Below are positions 11,481-23,322 of a stretch of DNA of 64,000 bases, one piece after another. Every line of letters starts with the position of its first letter. The stretch's first letter is position 1. Below the pieces are notes generated by a model. That model worked only from the letters and a program-made list of their open reading frames with translations. It was not told the origin of the DNA and did not search any database. The stretch is from Azolla caroliniana. Taxonomy: Eukaryota; Plantae; Polypodiophyta. The position numbers and the translations under genes are program-made. The DNA lies in contig JBHGNT010000001.1 in NCBI GenBank assembly GCA_043228905.1, positions 20,088,001 through 20,152,000 of the forward strand, read 5' to 3'.

Positions 11481-12054
11481 GTTGGTCACGCCGAAGGCAC
11501 ATTTCACGGGATTCAGACTTAAGCGTGCGGGGCAGCAACGTTCCAGGCACAGTTGCAGATGCATAAAATGGTCTATTGTTCTCACATATACCACAAAGTC
11601 GTCCCAAAAAATTTGCATGAACACCGGAATATATTCCCCAAAGATCTCCGTAATTGTTCGTTGAAATTTTGTCGGCGCCGTCTTTAGCCCGAACTTCATG
11701 ACGACTGCCACATAGACTCCCCAATCCGTGACAAATGCCGTCTTCTCTTGGTCCTCGGGATGCATGCGTACTTGGTTATATCCATTGAAGCCATCTAAAA
11801 AATTGTACATCTCATTTCCTGTGACGGCGTCCAATACGTTATTGGTGAATGGTAAAGGGAATGAGTCTGTAATGGTTACGACGTTTAATTTTCGGTAATC
11901 CACGCATACCCGTATTTTGCCGTTTTTCTTTGGAACGACTACTATCGGACTTAACCATGTGGATTGTTTAATTGGCTGTATGAACCCCGCCTTCAAGAGT
12001 TTGTCAATTTCTTCTTTTACGTGGGTCGCGTAGTTCGGGTTCATGCGGTAGCGG

Positions 12055-13289
12055 TGTCGTGTGATTTTTCACACACGATATGAAAACTAGTAAAATAATT
12101 ATTTACAATTAGGTTAATATATGGATATGGAAAGATAGATGTGTTCAAGAGATTCATAACGTATTTTACTACGCATAAAATGGATAAACAAGTATCAAGT
12201 TATGTGAGTGTGAAGTTCGAAGAAAAGAAATGAAAAGACAAAACTGTGAGATATCCCACATAGATAGGACAACATTGGAACCCATAATATATAAGGGAAA
12301 CCAAAACATATTCATTCTATCAATGTGTGGAGCATAGAGTGTTCAAGGTGACTTGGGCTATAGTATGTGGTGTGCACGCTTCGGGCGTACACGCGTGTGC
12401 ATGGCTGCGTGGATGTCTTCGGATGTATGCGCGTGTGCAAGTTTCGGACGGATGCATATGTGCGGACGCGTTTGTGCACACAGGAGCATGCATGGATGCG
12501 TACACTACGGCGCGGTCAAGACTTATGCGCTCGGATGCGTACACGGTGCGGGTTGGACGCGGGTGCGCGTGGATGCGTACACTACGGCGCAGTCGGGACA
12601 CGCGCATGCATGGATGCGTACACTACTACGCGGTCGGGACTTTTGCGCGCGGACGCGTCTACGGTTTGGTTGCGACGCATGATTGTGTCATTTGGCCGAA
12701 TTATACGAACAATCGCATGCAACCAAAAACCAAGGCCATGCAACTAAAAGTAAAAGGCATGCATCTAAAAATGGAAGCATGCAACTAAAAGTAGAGGCCA
12801 TGCAACTAAAAATAGAGGCCATCCAACTAAAAGTGGGCATGCAAAGTAACATTGGGGAGGAGGATCAACGAGGAGCTCGATATATGTCCCATTTTTTCCC
12901 TCCTAGTTATTTTTTCCCCCTTATTTCTTCTTCCCTCTCGGATTCGAGAAACAAATTATCTCACATATTGATATCAAACTCCTAGCTTTGATTACTCGAT
13001 CTTTCTTGTCAAAAATTATCTCTCGTATTCATATCGGACCACTCCTTGCATGGTTGTTGGCTCCTTTCTTTGAAAAATTAATCTCTCATTTCCATACCCA
13101 ACCCATTGAAACACGATTCTGAAATTATAAAGAATCGATTTTCTTTTGCAATAAATGAATGATTTGTCTCTCCCACTTGTCTTATGCTTAAAACTTGCTT
13201 GTGTTGTACGTGTTGCACTAAATCCTTCTAGTCTAGAACCCCGGCGGTTCCGTCTCACGATCCGCACATAGTGATGGATTTTTACGACA
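12055..13289 (+). mobile_element. Solo LTR (1235 bp) related to the LTR of fungal-like gypsy F, with a 4-bp TSD
   Basis: TGTCGT...ACGACA with GCGG on both sides. Removing it restores the B RT codons QQRRYR. Both ends are similar to 22226-23322. Confidence 0.88.
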
Positions 13290-16043
13290 GCGGCGCTGCT
13301 GGACGGGTTTTGCATCGGTTTCTAAATTGATCTTATGTTGATAGAACTTGGGATCTAACCCCTTCATGTCCTCATGAGCCCAAGCGAACACATCGTTATA
13401 TTTCTTGAGTAGTGCGATCATCATGTTTCTCTGGTCCGGCTTTAATTCCTTTGCGATGGAGAGGAAACGAGGTTTTGACTCCGTACCCACATTTACTTCT
13501 TCTAGGGCGGAGGCGGTGACTTGTCGTGAAATTTCCATTTCCCTTTCGAGTGCCGCCCATGCTCTGCTGAGTTCAAATATGGACTCTGGGTTTAGCTCGT
13601 AAGCCTCGTCGTGGAGAATAGTGGCCGTGGCATATTCTGCCGCGGTTGCGATGATGTCAATTTCAAACAGCGGAATGATCCGAGGGTGCTCATCTAGGTA
13701 TGCCTCTAATTCTGCATCCTCCAACCCAGCCAACATATTTATATCTTCTACGTATAATGGTGTTATACCCTTCGGTTGTGGCGTGCTTCCTTCCGTAGGT
13801 ACGCGAACCTTAGTGCTTCCGTGTCGGAAACTGATACACTTGTGTTGCCAGCTCTGCTTGATATTTGTTGTGCCCGAAGCCATGGTCTGCCCATAAGCAC
13901 TGGGTACACCCCTGGGGTGTCCAAGGCGAGGACGATCGCCGAGATGTCGAAGCGATGTCCGCCGACGATAATGTCTAACTTGCGAATTAACCCCAATGGT
14001 TGTACTGAGCGGGTATCTTCCATTCGGAGCCAGAATGGGCAAGCCTCCCATTCTGAAATGCCTAACTGCTCGCAGGTTTTCGCGCTAATTACATTAACGC
14101 CTGAGCCGCCATCGATTACGCATCCAGGAATTTCCTGTCCGTGTAATATCAATGTAATAGTCGGGTTGTGGTGATCCACTACAGGCGGTCCGTCGCTAAC
14201 GTCTGTAAGGTTTGTAGCGACACTCACCCTGGGTATGCCCGTCACCCGTTCTTCCATGGTCTGGCGGAAGCGTGGGACTAGCTGCAACAAGCAGCTTCTC
14301 CATGGTTAACGTTATCTCGCAGCCCGCTAATGCCTGCCAAATGGGGTCCGGGACCGGTCCTTCGTCCTCCGCTTGCTCCCTCGTATTCGCGGACTCCTTC
14401 CGCATGCGCTCTGTATTGGTCGCGTTAGCTTTGTCCACTGATACCTAGGCTTGTGGTCGTATCTCATCTTGCGCGACCCAATCAGTTATTTTTGTTTGCT
14501 GGCGTGTCGTGACTTGCTGCACTTCCGCCGTAATCGTATTGACGGCGGGCCCCTTGCCCTTGCGTGCTGGGCATTGCGTGGCATAATGTCCGGGCTGCTG
14601 ACAAACAAAACAATGGATGCTTGATTCGCCCTTCTCGGCTCCTGGTGGTGTGTGCCGATCCCCTGGTGCGACTTGCTCCTCGTGGTCTGGCCTCGTTTGT
14701 CGGAACACACGCGGTGGTTGCTGTTGGTCCCGACGTGGTTCCTGGTGTTGCTCATCTCCCGAGCTTTCGTCGTATCGTCGGTGGTCTCGATATTGCTGCG
14801 GCTTCCCACGATAACCATTGAAGCCGCCACGTTTGTTTGTCGGCCGGTGATTCTCATAGCGCCGGCCCCCTTTAGCATAACTCGGAGGTCCACGGTAATC
14901 CTCATCCTCTGGTTCGTCTTCCTCGGAATCATTGTGATTCCGGCGATTCAGGTGGTGCCAGTCGTCATGTGGGTTGCGATCCACATACCGTGGTCGGTCT
15001 TCTTGCCTCCTTTGCTCAGTACGGCGTGGGGGAAGTTGTGTGTCCATGCTGCGTACTGTGGGAGCGGCTCTGTTCAACATATTGTATTCGCATTGGTCGA
15101 CTGTGTGAGCCTTCGAGTGGCAGATTGGGCAGTGGATTTGCATGTTGCACTCCACTACAGAATGCCCCGAGTTCAAGCAAATCGTGCACTAGATTGCTTG
15201 ATGAAACTGGCCTTCCTCGTCCTGGGGTAACACTTGTCGTAAGGAGGACATAGAAAACCGTTCCTCCTCCTTGTCCAACTCGAACTGTAATGCTCGTTCA
15301 ATGACCATATCTGTCGTTTCCCCTTTCATGCTATTGTTGTTGAGCGTTGTCCGTATGGGTCGGCGTAATGCTGCCAGAAATGTCTCTCGAGCCTCGTCCT
15401 CCGCGGGGCTCCATTCTAGTTTCCGCTGTAAATTTTGGAAACGTAAGCTGAAGTTTGCGATCGTCTCGGTCGGTAGTTGCTTAATCGTGTAGAAATGTCC
15501 GAGGATTTCGCGTTGTGGAACCCTCCGATGGAAGAACCGCAAGAAAGCGGATTGCAGCTGATCGAAGGTCGTGATTGCTGGCAAATCCATCTGTGAATGC
15601 CAAAATGCCACTCGCCCATCCAATGTTAACCCGAACTCCGTCATTTTCGATTGGTGCGCTACCACCTACGAAAGGCTCTGCGCTATGTGGTTCGCATTCC
15701 AGACATTGAGGAACATGTGAATATGGGTTGCGGCGTCGGTTTCGCCGTTAAAGCGGGGATAGGCAAAGGCCATGTTGGGGTATATGGCGGGTCGGGAAAG
15801 ACCACAGTGTTGTTGTGGTGAGCATGCACCCCGCGTATCGTCGAGGTATTTGGAGAGTGAAGAATTACCTTTGTAATCATGACAAGTAGTACTGAGGTTG
15901 CTGAGGCGAGGCTTTTGCCGTGCGCGTTCCTCTGCATGGCGTGTGACGGACCTTGTGATTGGCCGGTCTTGTCGTGTTGGTTCTCTGGGGCGTCTGCGGC
16001 TAAACATCCATTCATCGTTGTTCGTCTGTGAGAAGACACAGAT

Positions 16044-16057
16044 CACCAAGCGTGCCA
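16044..16057 (-). promoter_or_regulatory. PBS of B (tRNA-Arg-like)
   Basis: TGGCACGCTTGGTG following a CTTT spacer after the 5' LTR. Confidence 0.75.
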
Positions 16058-16061
16058 AAAG

Positions 16062-16501
16062 TGTTACCGATTAGGAACACGGTCTGCGGTCAGTCCTTCG
16101 ATCTACACCTTCAAGTGATTGTGAAACAACGAATGATGGCGTCTATGCATAATACGTAGGGGATTGTTCCCCGTAACCTAGCAACGTATAGGGAGACGGC
16201 TACAACCGACTCCTTATCACTGGTTACACACTCACATTCTTACACTCTCAGGTATTCCAGATACACAATAGATTAGCCGTAGCTATACACAGATTTTCAG
16301 AGAAGATAGGATTCTATTACGATACGCTTCTTTACATTCCAAAATTACACGCTTCCTTTATCAGAGGTTTTCTGCTCTTTATATACGCAGGGTCTTTTTA
16401 GCCGTTCACGCTTCCTGCGTGAACCGTTACATGCGTTAGGATCTTATATTATTTCTTATTCCTACGCTCTTGTCCGTCGGTTACTATTCCGGCGGACAAC
16501 A
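16062..16501 (-). repeat. 5' LTR of B
   Basis: TGTT...AACA with a minus-strand TATATAAAG; matches the split left LTR. Confidence 0.93.
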
Positions 16502-16506
16502 CACGT

Positions 16507-16870
16507 GGAGTCCACAAACTCCGAAACAGAACACTATGAGAGAAAGGAATACAATCAGAGATCTCAGAGGCACCGACCTCGAGATCCTGCTTTGCCAACA
16601 GGCGGCTATGGAGCTCACAGGCTTCCACTCACACTCGTTTTCCCTCTCGGTTACAGAGGCAACGACCTCATCAATAGTAACTTTACCGTGACACACTTTT
16701 CTAACATAATTGCCCTAAGTAACCTTTTGACTATTTACAAGTTTAGCCCACGGGGGCATATTCAGCCTATTTACAAACTTAGCCTTCTGTGTTGGCTATC
16801 TCCACGATTTCTGGTTTCTCAACAACACAGTTCTTCTCACTTCCCATCCGGAGGGACCTATTTCCTAACA
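16507..16870 (-). repeat. 5' LTR of copia T1, second part
   Basis: Ends CCCATCCGGAGGGACCTATTTCCTAACA, like the other T-family LTRs. Confidence 0.85.
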
Positions 16871-17137
16871 GTTCCTTGATGCATAAAAAAGGGAGATGAA
16901 TCAAAGGGACGTGTTTGAAGTGCGGCAAATCACAAGTTTCAAGAGAGTGGTCGCCAACAACATCCAAAGGCACGTCATCAAACTTCAAGAAGGGAAGACA
17001 ACGTGGTCGGAGTTCAAGAAAGTGATATTAGCGGAGTTCGCGGCAGAAGATTTGTTGAGGATGACTCAATATGCCTTGATGAAGTGGATAGAAAAGAAGA
17101 ATAAGAAGATGAGCGCTTCGAGGGTGTACGACGAATT

Positions 17138-17759
17138 TGACAAGAACTGCACGCTCCGATGAACAACGCTCGGCCACAACCCAATAGAGAGAGTACACAG
17201 AATAAAACACAGAAAACAGGGAATGAAAGCACAACACAATAGAGAGAGTACACAGGATGTTTACGTGGAAAACCCGAACTCGGGAAAAAAACCACGGCAG
17301 CCCACAGACCGCAAACTATCACTATATCGGAATGTACAATAAGAAAACACTGAGGCCACGACCTCGAGCTTGCTATCTTCGCCACAGGCGGCGGTTACAA
17401 CAGAGGCAACAACCTCTTCTTCTCTCTCTCTCTCTCTCTATACATTGTTACGGCGCTCTAATCTTGCGCCAACAAGAATGACAACCACTACTATCAAAGA
17501 GTTTGCCCTAAGTCATATTTATACTAATATGACTTTTCGGCTATTTACAAATATAGCCCCTATGGACTCTCAGGAAACATATTTATGAATATGTCCCTTC
17601 ATCCGGTGAGCACATCTCACCGGGCTTTCACCATCCGGCTCTTGCCGGGTACTCCTCATCCGGTTCTCACCGGGTCTTCCGTAGCCGGGTACTCTTCATC
17701 CGGTTTCTCATCAACACTGTTCTTATCACTTCCCATCTGGAGGGACCTATTTCCTAGCA
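17138..17759 (-). mobile_element. Solo LTR of the Tnt1/Tork-like copia family, inserted in the gag of F
   Basis: TG...CA with a perfect TSD GAATT (17133-17137 and 17760-17764). Similar to the reverse complement of 42276-42994. Confidence 0.93.
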
Positions 17760-20700
17760 GAATTCGACCAAATGTTTCTTCGTCTCCCCGCCACAGACCA
17801 AGTGCTACTTGAGGAGGACAAAACTTTGTACTTCCTAAAGGCTGTGGATATAAAGGATAGACGAGAACTGGGTACTCTCCTCGAAGATGATACCCAAGCG
17901 AATGGGCTTGTGGCGGAGCGGGTCGTCGTGAAGCGAGCATGCAATAGGCTCGACAAGCGTCGTCAGTGGGTTGATGACACCGACTTGGCAGGATCGATTG
18001 TCGCAGAGAAAACTAGACAACTGAAAGTAGCTTAGCCGTCCAAACAAAGCAACCCGGAAGAAAAGAAGATTGATGACGACATCATCGAAGAGCTAGCGAA
18101 GAAGTTCGAGATGGTTACGCTAGCCAACATGAATTGTTGGGGCCCCAAAGGAAAAGAACCCTATAGATGCGTGTGGTGTGATAGCATGGATCACATGAGA
18201 AGGGATTGTGCGAGCCTCCGAGAGGCAATCCGACAAAATATCGTATGCATAGATGACAACATGATCTGCTCGATTGAAAATCGAAGACCCCTACGGGTGA
18301 ATTTCGGAAGAGGGGGAATGAAGAAATCTACAGAAGATGCTGAGGCAACTCATGTGGATGCAATGCACTATGTTGCAACGGCCGGAATAAGAGTCAGGAA
18401 AGACAAAAATGAAGCTGCGAAAGTGGGAGCAAAGTTTTGGTCTTCCGTTCTTGAGTATGAGAAGATGGGGAAGATCACATCGAACGAGGTAGAGCTTGCG
18501 GACCGAAGCGTGCAAAGCATAACCGGGTGGTCGGATCCGGTGGATGACAACACCATACTCGTGGAAGTGATGTGCGACAACCACGAGGTGTTCGTCGAAG
18601 AAAAGAGATAAAGAATAGAAGAGGAAGGCCCATCAAAAAGACATGAAACAAGGAACGCGAAAAGAAAGAAGATGCAGAGACGAGTCGACCCTTGCAAATG
18701 GAGGAAGGAGACGCAAGACGAAAAGCGGAGTCGAGCAAATGAGTCGAAGAAACGGTTTGGCCCGTGAAGATTGGTGTCGAAGACCCTGCTCGAAAGATAA
18801 GGACTATGTCTACCGATAAGCTAAGGTCGGACATAGAGCAGACGACAGACCTGAAGAAGATTCTTGAGGAACGTGTTCTTGACAGCCATGTGACTTTGTC
18901 CTTGAGGGAACTACTCGGCATTACAAAGAAGGAGTTCCACAACACGATCGTGGACCTTGTAAAGCAAATAAGGCAACAATCGGATGAAGAAGAAGAGAAG
19001 CCAGTAAAAGCGAAAGCAAATGCCATAACGATTGCAAGAGACGAAGTCGATGAAGAAATGGTGGACAACCACTATACTCGATCTCATTGGGCACGAGCGA
19101 CAACGGAGACGCCGGTAAAGATCGGGGAGAAGAAACAGACCGTGGTAGCCTTGATCGACCATGGCTCGGAGATCAACCTCATGTCAACCGACTTCTACAA
19201 AAAATAGAGCACGTGGATTGCGAGGAGAAGCAACATGTGTCACACCTAGTGGTGCATGTAAACTAGTACTACCCAACAAGAAGGACAAGCGTCGGATACA
19301 AGATTTCGAGAAGATGTTGAAAGAAGAAAACATAATAGATGAAGAAGTGTTCGTGACTCATATTATGGAAGAAGCCTCATTTAACGACACCATCGGCGAA
19401 ATCGAGGATGTCGTGGACTCGAGCTCTTAAGGGAGAAAGTGAATATGGGTATTCTAGAACCGTCGAATGCTCCTTACTCTAATAGGTGGTTCACGGTGCC
19501 GAAGAAGAATGGATCATTGCGATTCATCCAAGATCTTTAACCCGTCAACAAGGGGACAATTCGAAATGCTGGAATCGGTCCGAGCGTGGACGAATTTGCC
19601 GAGGCGTTTGCAGGCCGGTCCATCTACTCCATTGGTGATCTCTACTCCGGATATGACCAATTCCAATTGGCGATCGACAGTCGTGACATTACAACCATGA
19701 GGACTCCGATCGGGCTCGTGCGGATGTGTACCTTACCTCAAGGTGCAACGAACTCGGTGGCACATATGGTGAATGCCATGAACAAGGTCTTGAAGGATTG
19801 CATCCCAGACATCACGATGCCATTCTTGGATGATATTCCGATAAAAGGATGTTCGGATGAGGAGAAAGATGAATCGAAAGATAAGGAAAGGTGTAGAAAG
19901 TTCGTCGCGGATCATATGAAAGATTGTGAGAAGGTGCTCCAAAGGCTCGAAGATGTGAATTTGACATTTTCGAGAGAAAAATCCGCATTTGGGCAACCAG
20001 AGATCTTGGTGGTAGGTCACCTATGTGGAGCATATGGCCGGAAGCCTTCGCCATCAAAGGTGAACGCGATCTAGGACATGAAAGAAGAATGCGTAAACCA
20101 AACGGAGGTTCGAAGGTTCCTTGGAGCGTGCGCATTTTACCATATTTGGATTCCCCACTATGCCCATTTCGCTAAACCTCTATATGGATTGCTAAAGAAA
20201 AGAATGAAGTTTGAATGGTGAGACAAGCACATGAACGCGATGCGAAGATTGAAGAAACTACTTCTTAAAGCTCCAACACTAAGAAAGGCCGACTATACCA
20301 AAGGAAAGCCGATTTATGTGACTGTAGATACGAGCCCAACCGGAATCGGGTGGGTCATCAACCAAGAAGGAGAAGATAATGCGCGGTATGCCATCCGGTT
20401 CGGAGCAAAAGTTCTCAGCGAACAACAACAAAGATACGCCCAAGTCAAGCGGGAACTTTGGGGTATTGTGTCGGTAGTGAAGACGGACAAAGATTACCTG
20501 ATCGGGTCGGAAGTGATAATAGAGACAGATTGTCTCCCAATCCTCGGAATGATATTGGGATGTGCAACCCTAGATTTAGCTATGCTAAGGTGGATCGCCT
20601 ATATCAAGTCTTTAAGCCCAGAGATCCGCCACATTGCAAGCAAGAAGAACACCATGGATGATATGCTGTCAAGGGCAAGATTTGAAAGTGAAAGTGACAT

Positions 20701-22225
20701 GGTTTCGGAAGATGAAGACGTCACCCTCAACTTCTTCAAGATGGCTTGATTATTGGTGGAAGACAAGGACACGCTAACCCTCCACGCCTTCAACGAGGAC
20801 AAGTACGAAGGAGAGTGGTTACTGATCGGCAGATTCTTAAGAACAATGACAACGGATGCTTCGTTGACAAAGGAGGAGGCTCTACGAATCCGGAAGAAAG
20901 CTTATCGATACTTCTTGAAGGGAGGATTCCTTTGGCGACACCCAAAAAGAAGGACGGGAATACCACGCTGAGTGGTGGTGAAGAAAGAAGAGCAAGTGAC
21001 GCTGATGACCGAATTCCACGAGAGTGCTTGGGTAGGTCATAGAGGAACATGGGCGACATTCGAAAAGTTGAAGGAGAAGTACTGGTGGCCAAGCATGTAC
21101 AAAGATGTACTCCATTTTGTGTCCACATGCAAAACATGCCAAGTACATTCGAATATACGTCATCATGATGAGCTACGACCGACATACCCGCTCACCATAC
21201 ACTTCAAATGGATGGTGGATTTGGTCTCAATGCCAATGGGAGTGGGACAAATGAAGTACTTAGCTCTGGCAAGAGAAGACTTGACAAATCAAGTGGAAGG
21301 ACGGGCCTTGACAAATAAAACAACGTCTGTTGTTTGCAAATTTCTACTCGAAGAGGTTGTCTGTGGATACAGATGTGTGGGAAAGATAGTTGCCAACCGA
21401 GTGGAGTTGGATGCACACGAAGCAACGGAGCTCTTCGAATGACTAAGCGTGAAGCTCTCCCTCACGACTGCCTACAATCCAGAAGTGAATGGGAAGATCG
21501 AGCAAGGGCATGGACCTATCGTCAAAGCCATCATACGAGCATGCAACGGTCGAGTAGGGAATTGGCCACGACTATTACCCTATGCCTTGTGGGCCGACAG
21601 AACGACACACAACTTGGTGATGGGGTACATGCCAACAGAGTTTATGTATGGACAAAAGCCGGTAATGCCTATCGAAAGGACGATCGCGTCATGGGTAGCG
21701 ATACCATGGGAGAACAAGATGAGCTGAGAAGAGTTATTAGTAACACGGATAAGGAAACTTGAAAGGAGACCTGGAGATCTAGAAAAAGCGCGAAAGATGA
21801 TGGAGGCAGCCCGAGTGAAGAACAAAATTCGGTTCGACAAGACGCATCGATTGCGTCCCATGAAGATCGAAGAAGGAGATTGGGTATTGGTCTACGACAA
21901 CAACATTGACAATCAACACAGTACAACAAGGAAGTTTGCAAGAAGGTGGTTCGGACCGTATATAGTGATAGGTGCCAACGACAATGCAACATACCACCTT
22001 GCGGAGCTAGATGGATCCAGGCTGGCCATACCCATTGCGGGAAAAAGAGTAAAGATTTTCAAGAAAAGAGAAGACGAGGATCCTGACCTCGATCACCTCG
22101 ACAATGAAGGTAATAGGGCGGATGTGAATGAAGACGTGGAAGAATCTGATTGATCACCGTCGCCAAAATCTTGCACTCTCTCTGCTTGGCACATACCGGA
22201 GGACACACGGTTTGGTGGGGGTGGA

Positions 22226-23322
22226 TGTCATGAAGCTTTTCAAAGATAGTGTGAAACTTGTAAGGAACATACGAAATCGAGTGTGGTTCTTCTCATGAAA
22301 TATAAAACAATAATAGTAAAGATACTATTTAAAAAAAATTTAATATCTTGGTAGAAAAAGATGGAGGTCTTGAACAGCTTCTTAATGTACTTTACTACGT
22401 AGGAAATGAACATCTAAGTGTCAAGTTATGTAGGTATAAAGTTTGCAAAGAAAAAGAGAAAAATATGTGATATCCCACATAGACAGGACAAATAAAGATC
22501 CCACCATATATAAGGTAGAGCAAAAGCTATTATCTTTGTGTCTATGTGTGGAGCATAGAAAGGTTAAGTTGTATGACTTAACGAATGGATGTAGCCAAAT
22601 GCATATAACTATGTGTTTTGGACGAATCCGACGACGGTAACCGACGGCGACCGATGGCATTCGGCATTCGGCAAGATTGGCATCCGGCATCATCCGGGGA
22701 AACGGCGATCGGACGGAGAAACGCCTTGTAAAAACACATTAATAATAAACATATATATACATATGTGTATATTCAAAAGGAGTGCAAGTGAAGACTTGAT
22801 CCTTGCATCTCCACGTTGAGAGTCTATAAAGTTACCACTAGGCTATAACATTTCCTTAGAATTGTTTTTCTTATCATTATAGATTTACATGGAAATTCTC
22901 ATATTAGAGCTTGATTGAGTGACATGTCATCGATGCATGAGCGCCAAATGGCAAACATGCATCACATGCATTCCATGCATTGTATGCATGTCTTGTACCT
23001 GCATGCATCATATGCATGGGAGCATCTATAAAAGGATGGATGAAAAAGATCAAAAGGATGCTATGTATGATTCAAGAATTGAAGAAGAAGAAAATTTGTT
23101 CTCTAATTGATGGTGTATCTTGTTTCTTAAACCTAAAGTCAAGGGTCCAATCTTAAGCTCTCTCAATCTAAAATCAAGCGTTCTATCTTATCTCAACCTC
23201 TCTATCTTCCAATCTATCTTAATTCCTTTCTCGCTAAGTCTAGTGCAACTTCGAATGCTTCCGGTCCAGAACCCTCGCGGTTCCGCCTCGCGATCTGCAC
23301 GTAGTGACGAATCTTCATGACA
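22226..23322 (+). repeat. 3' LTR of F (1097 bp)
   Basis: TGTCATGAAG...CTTCATGACA form 10-bp inverted termini. It follows the PPT and has TATAAAA near 23027. Confidence 0.88.

Larger units (their letters stand above)
11481..16058 (-). pseudogene. gag-PR-RT of B (disrupted; split by the solo LTR at 12055-13289)
   Basis: Gag YPRFNG, knuckle CFVCQQPGHYATQC, protease VIDGGSGVNVI, and RT PKKNGKIRVCVDYRKLN...FWDD. Confidence 0.9.
4214..16501 (-). mobile_element. Ty3/gypsy non-chromovirus (Phygy-like) element B, internally deleted, with three nested insertions
   Basis: LTRs are 4214-4529 plus 10102-10226 (terminal TG mutated to TC) and 16062-16501, about 440 bp each. A perfect TSD CACGT lies at 4209-4213 and 16502-16506. 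The PBS TGGCACGC is 4 nt from the 5' LTR. Confidence 0.93.
16871..23322 (+). mobile_element. Ty3/gypsy element F (fungal/Ylt1-like pol): gag-pol, PPT and 3' LTR; 5' end displaced by T1
   Basis: Knuckle CVWCDSMDHMRRDC, protease LIDHGSEINL, RT RWFTVPKKNG...LPQGATNSVA...FLDDIPIKG, RNase H VDTSPTGIGW, integrase TAYNPEVNGKIE and FGPY. A G-rich PPT at about 22215-22225 precedes the LTR at 22226-23322. Confidence 0.9.

Noticed and set aside
12320-12788. Several overlapping Cys/Arg-rich ORFs
   Set aside because: They are translations of low-complexity repeats within a solo LTR.
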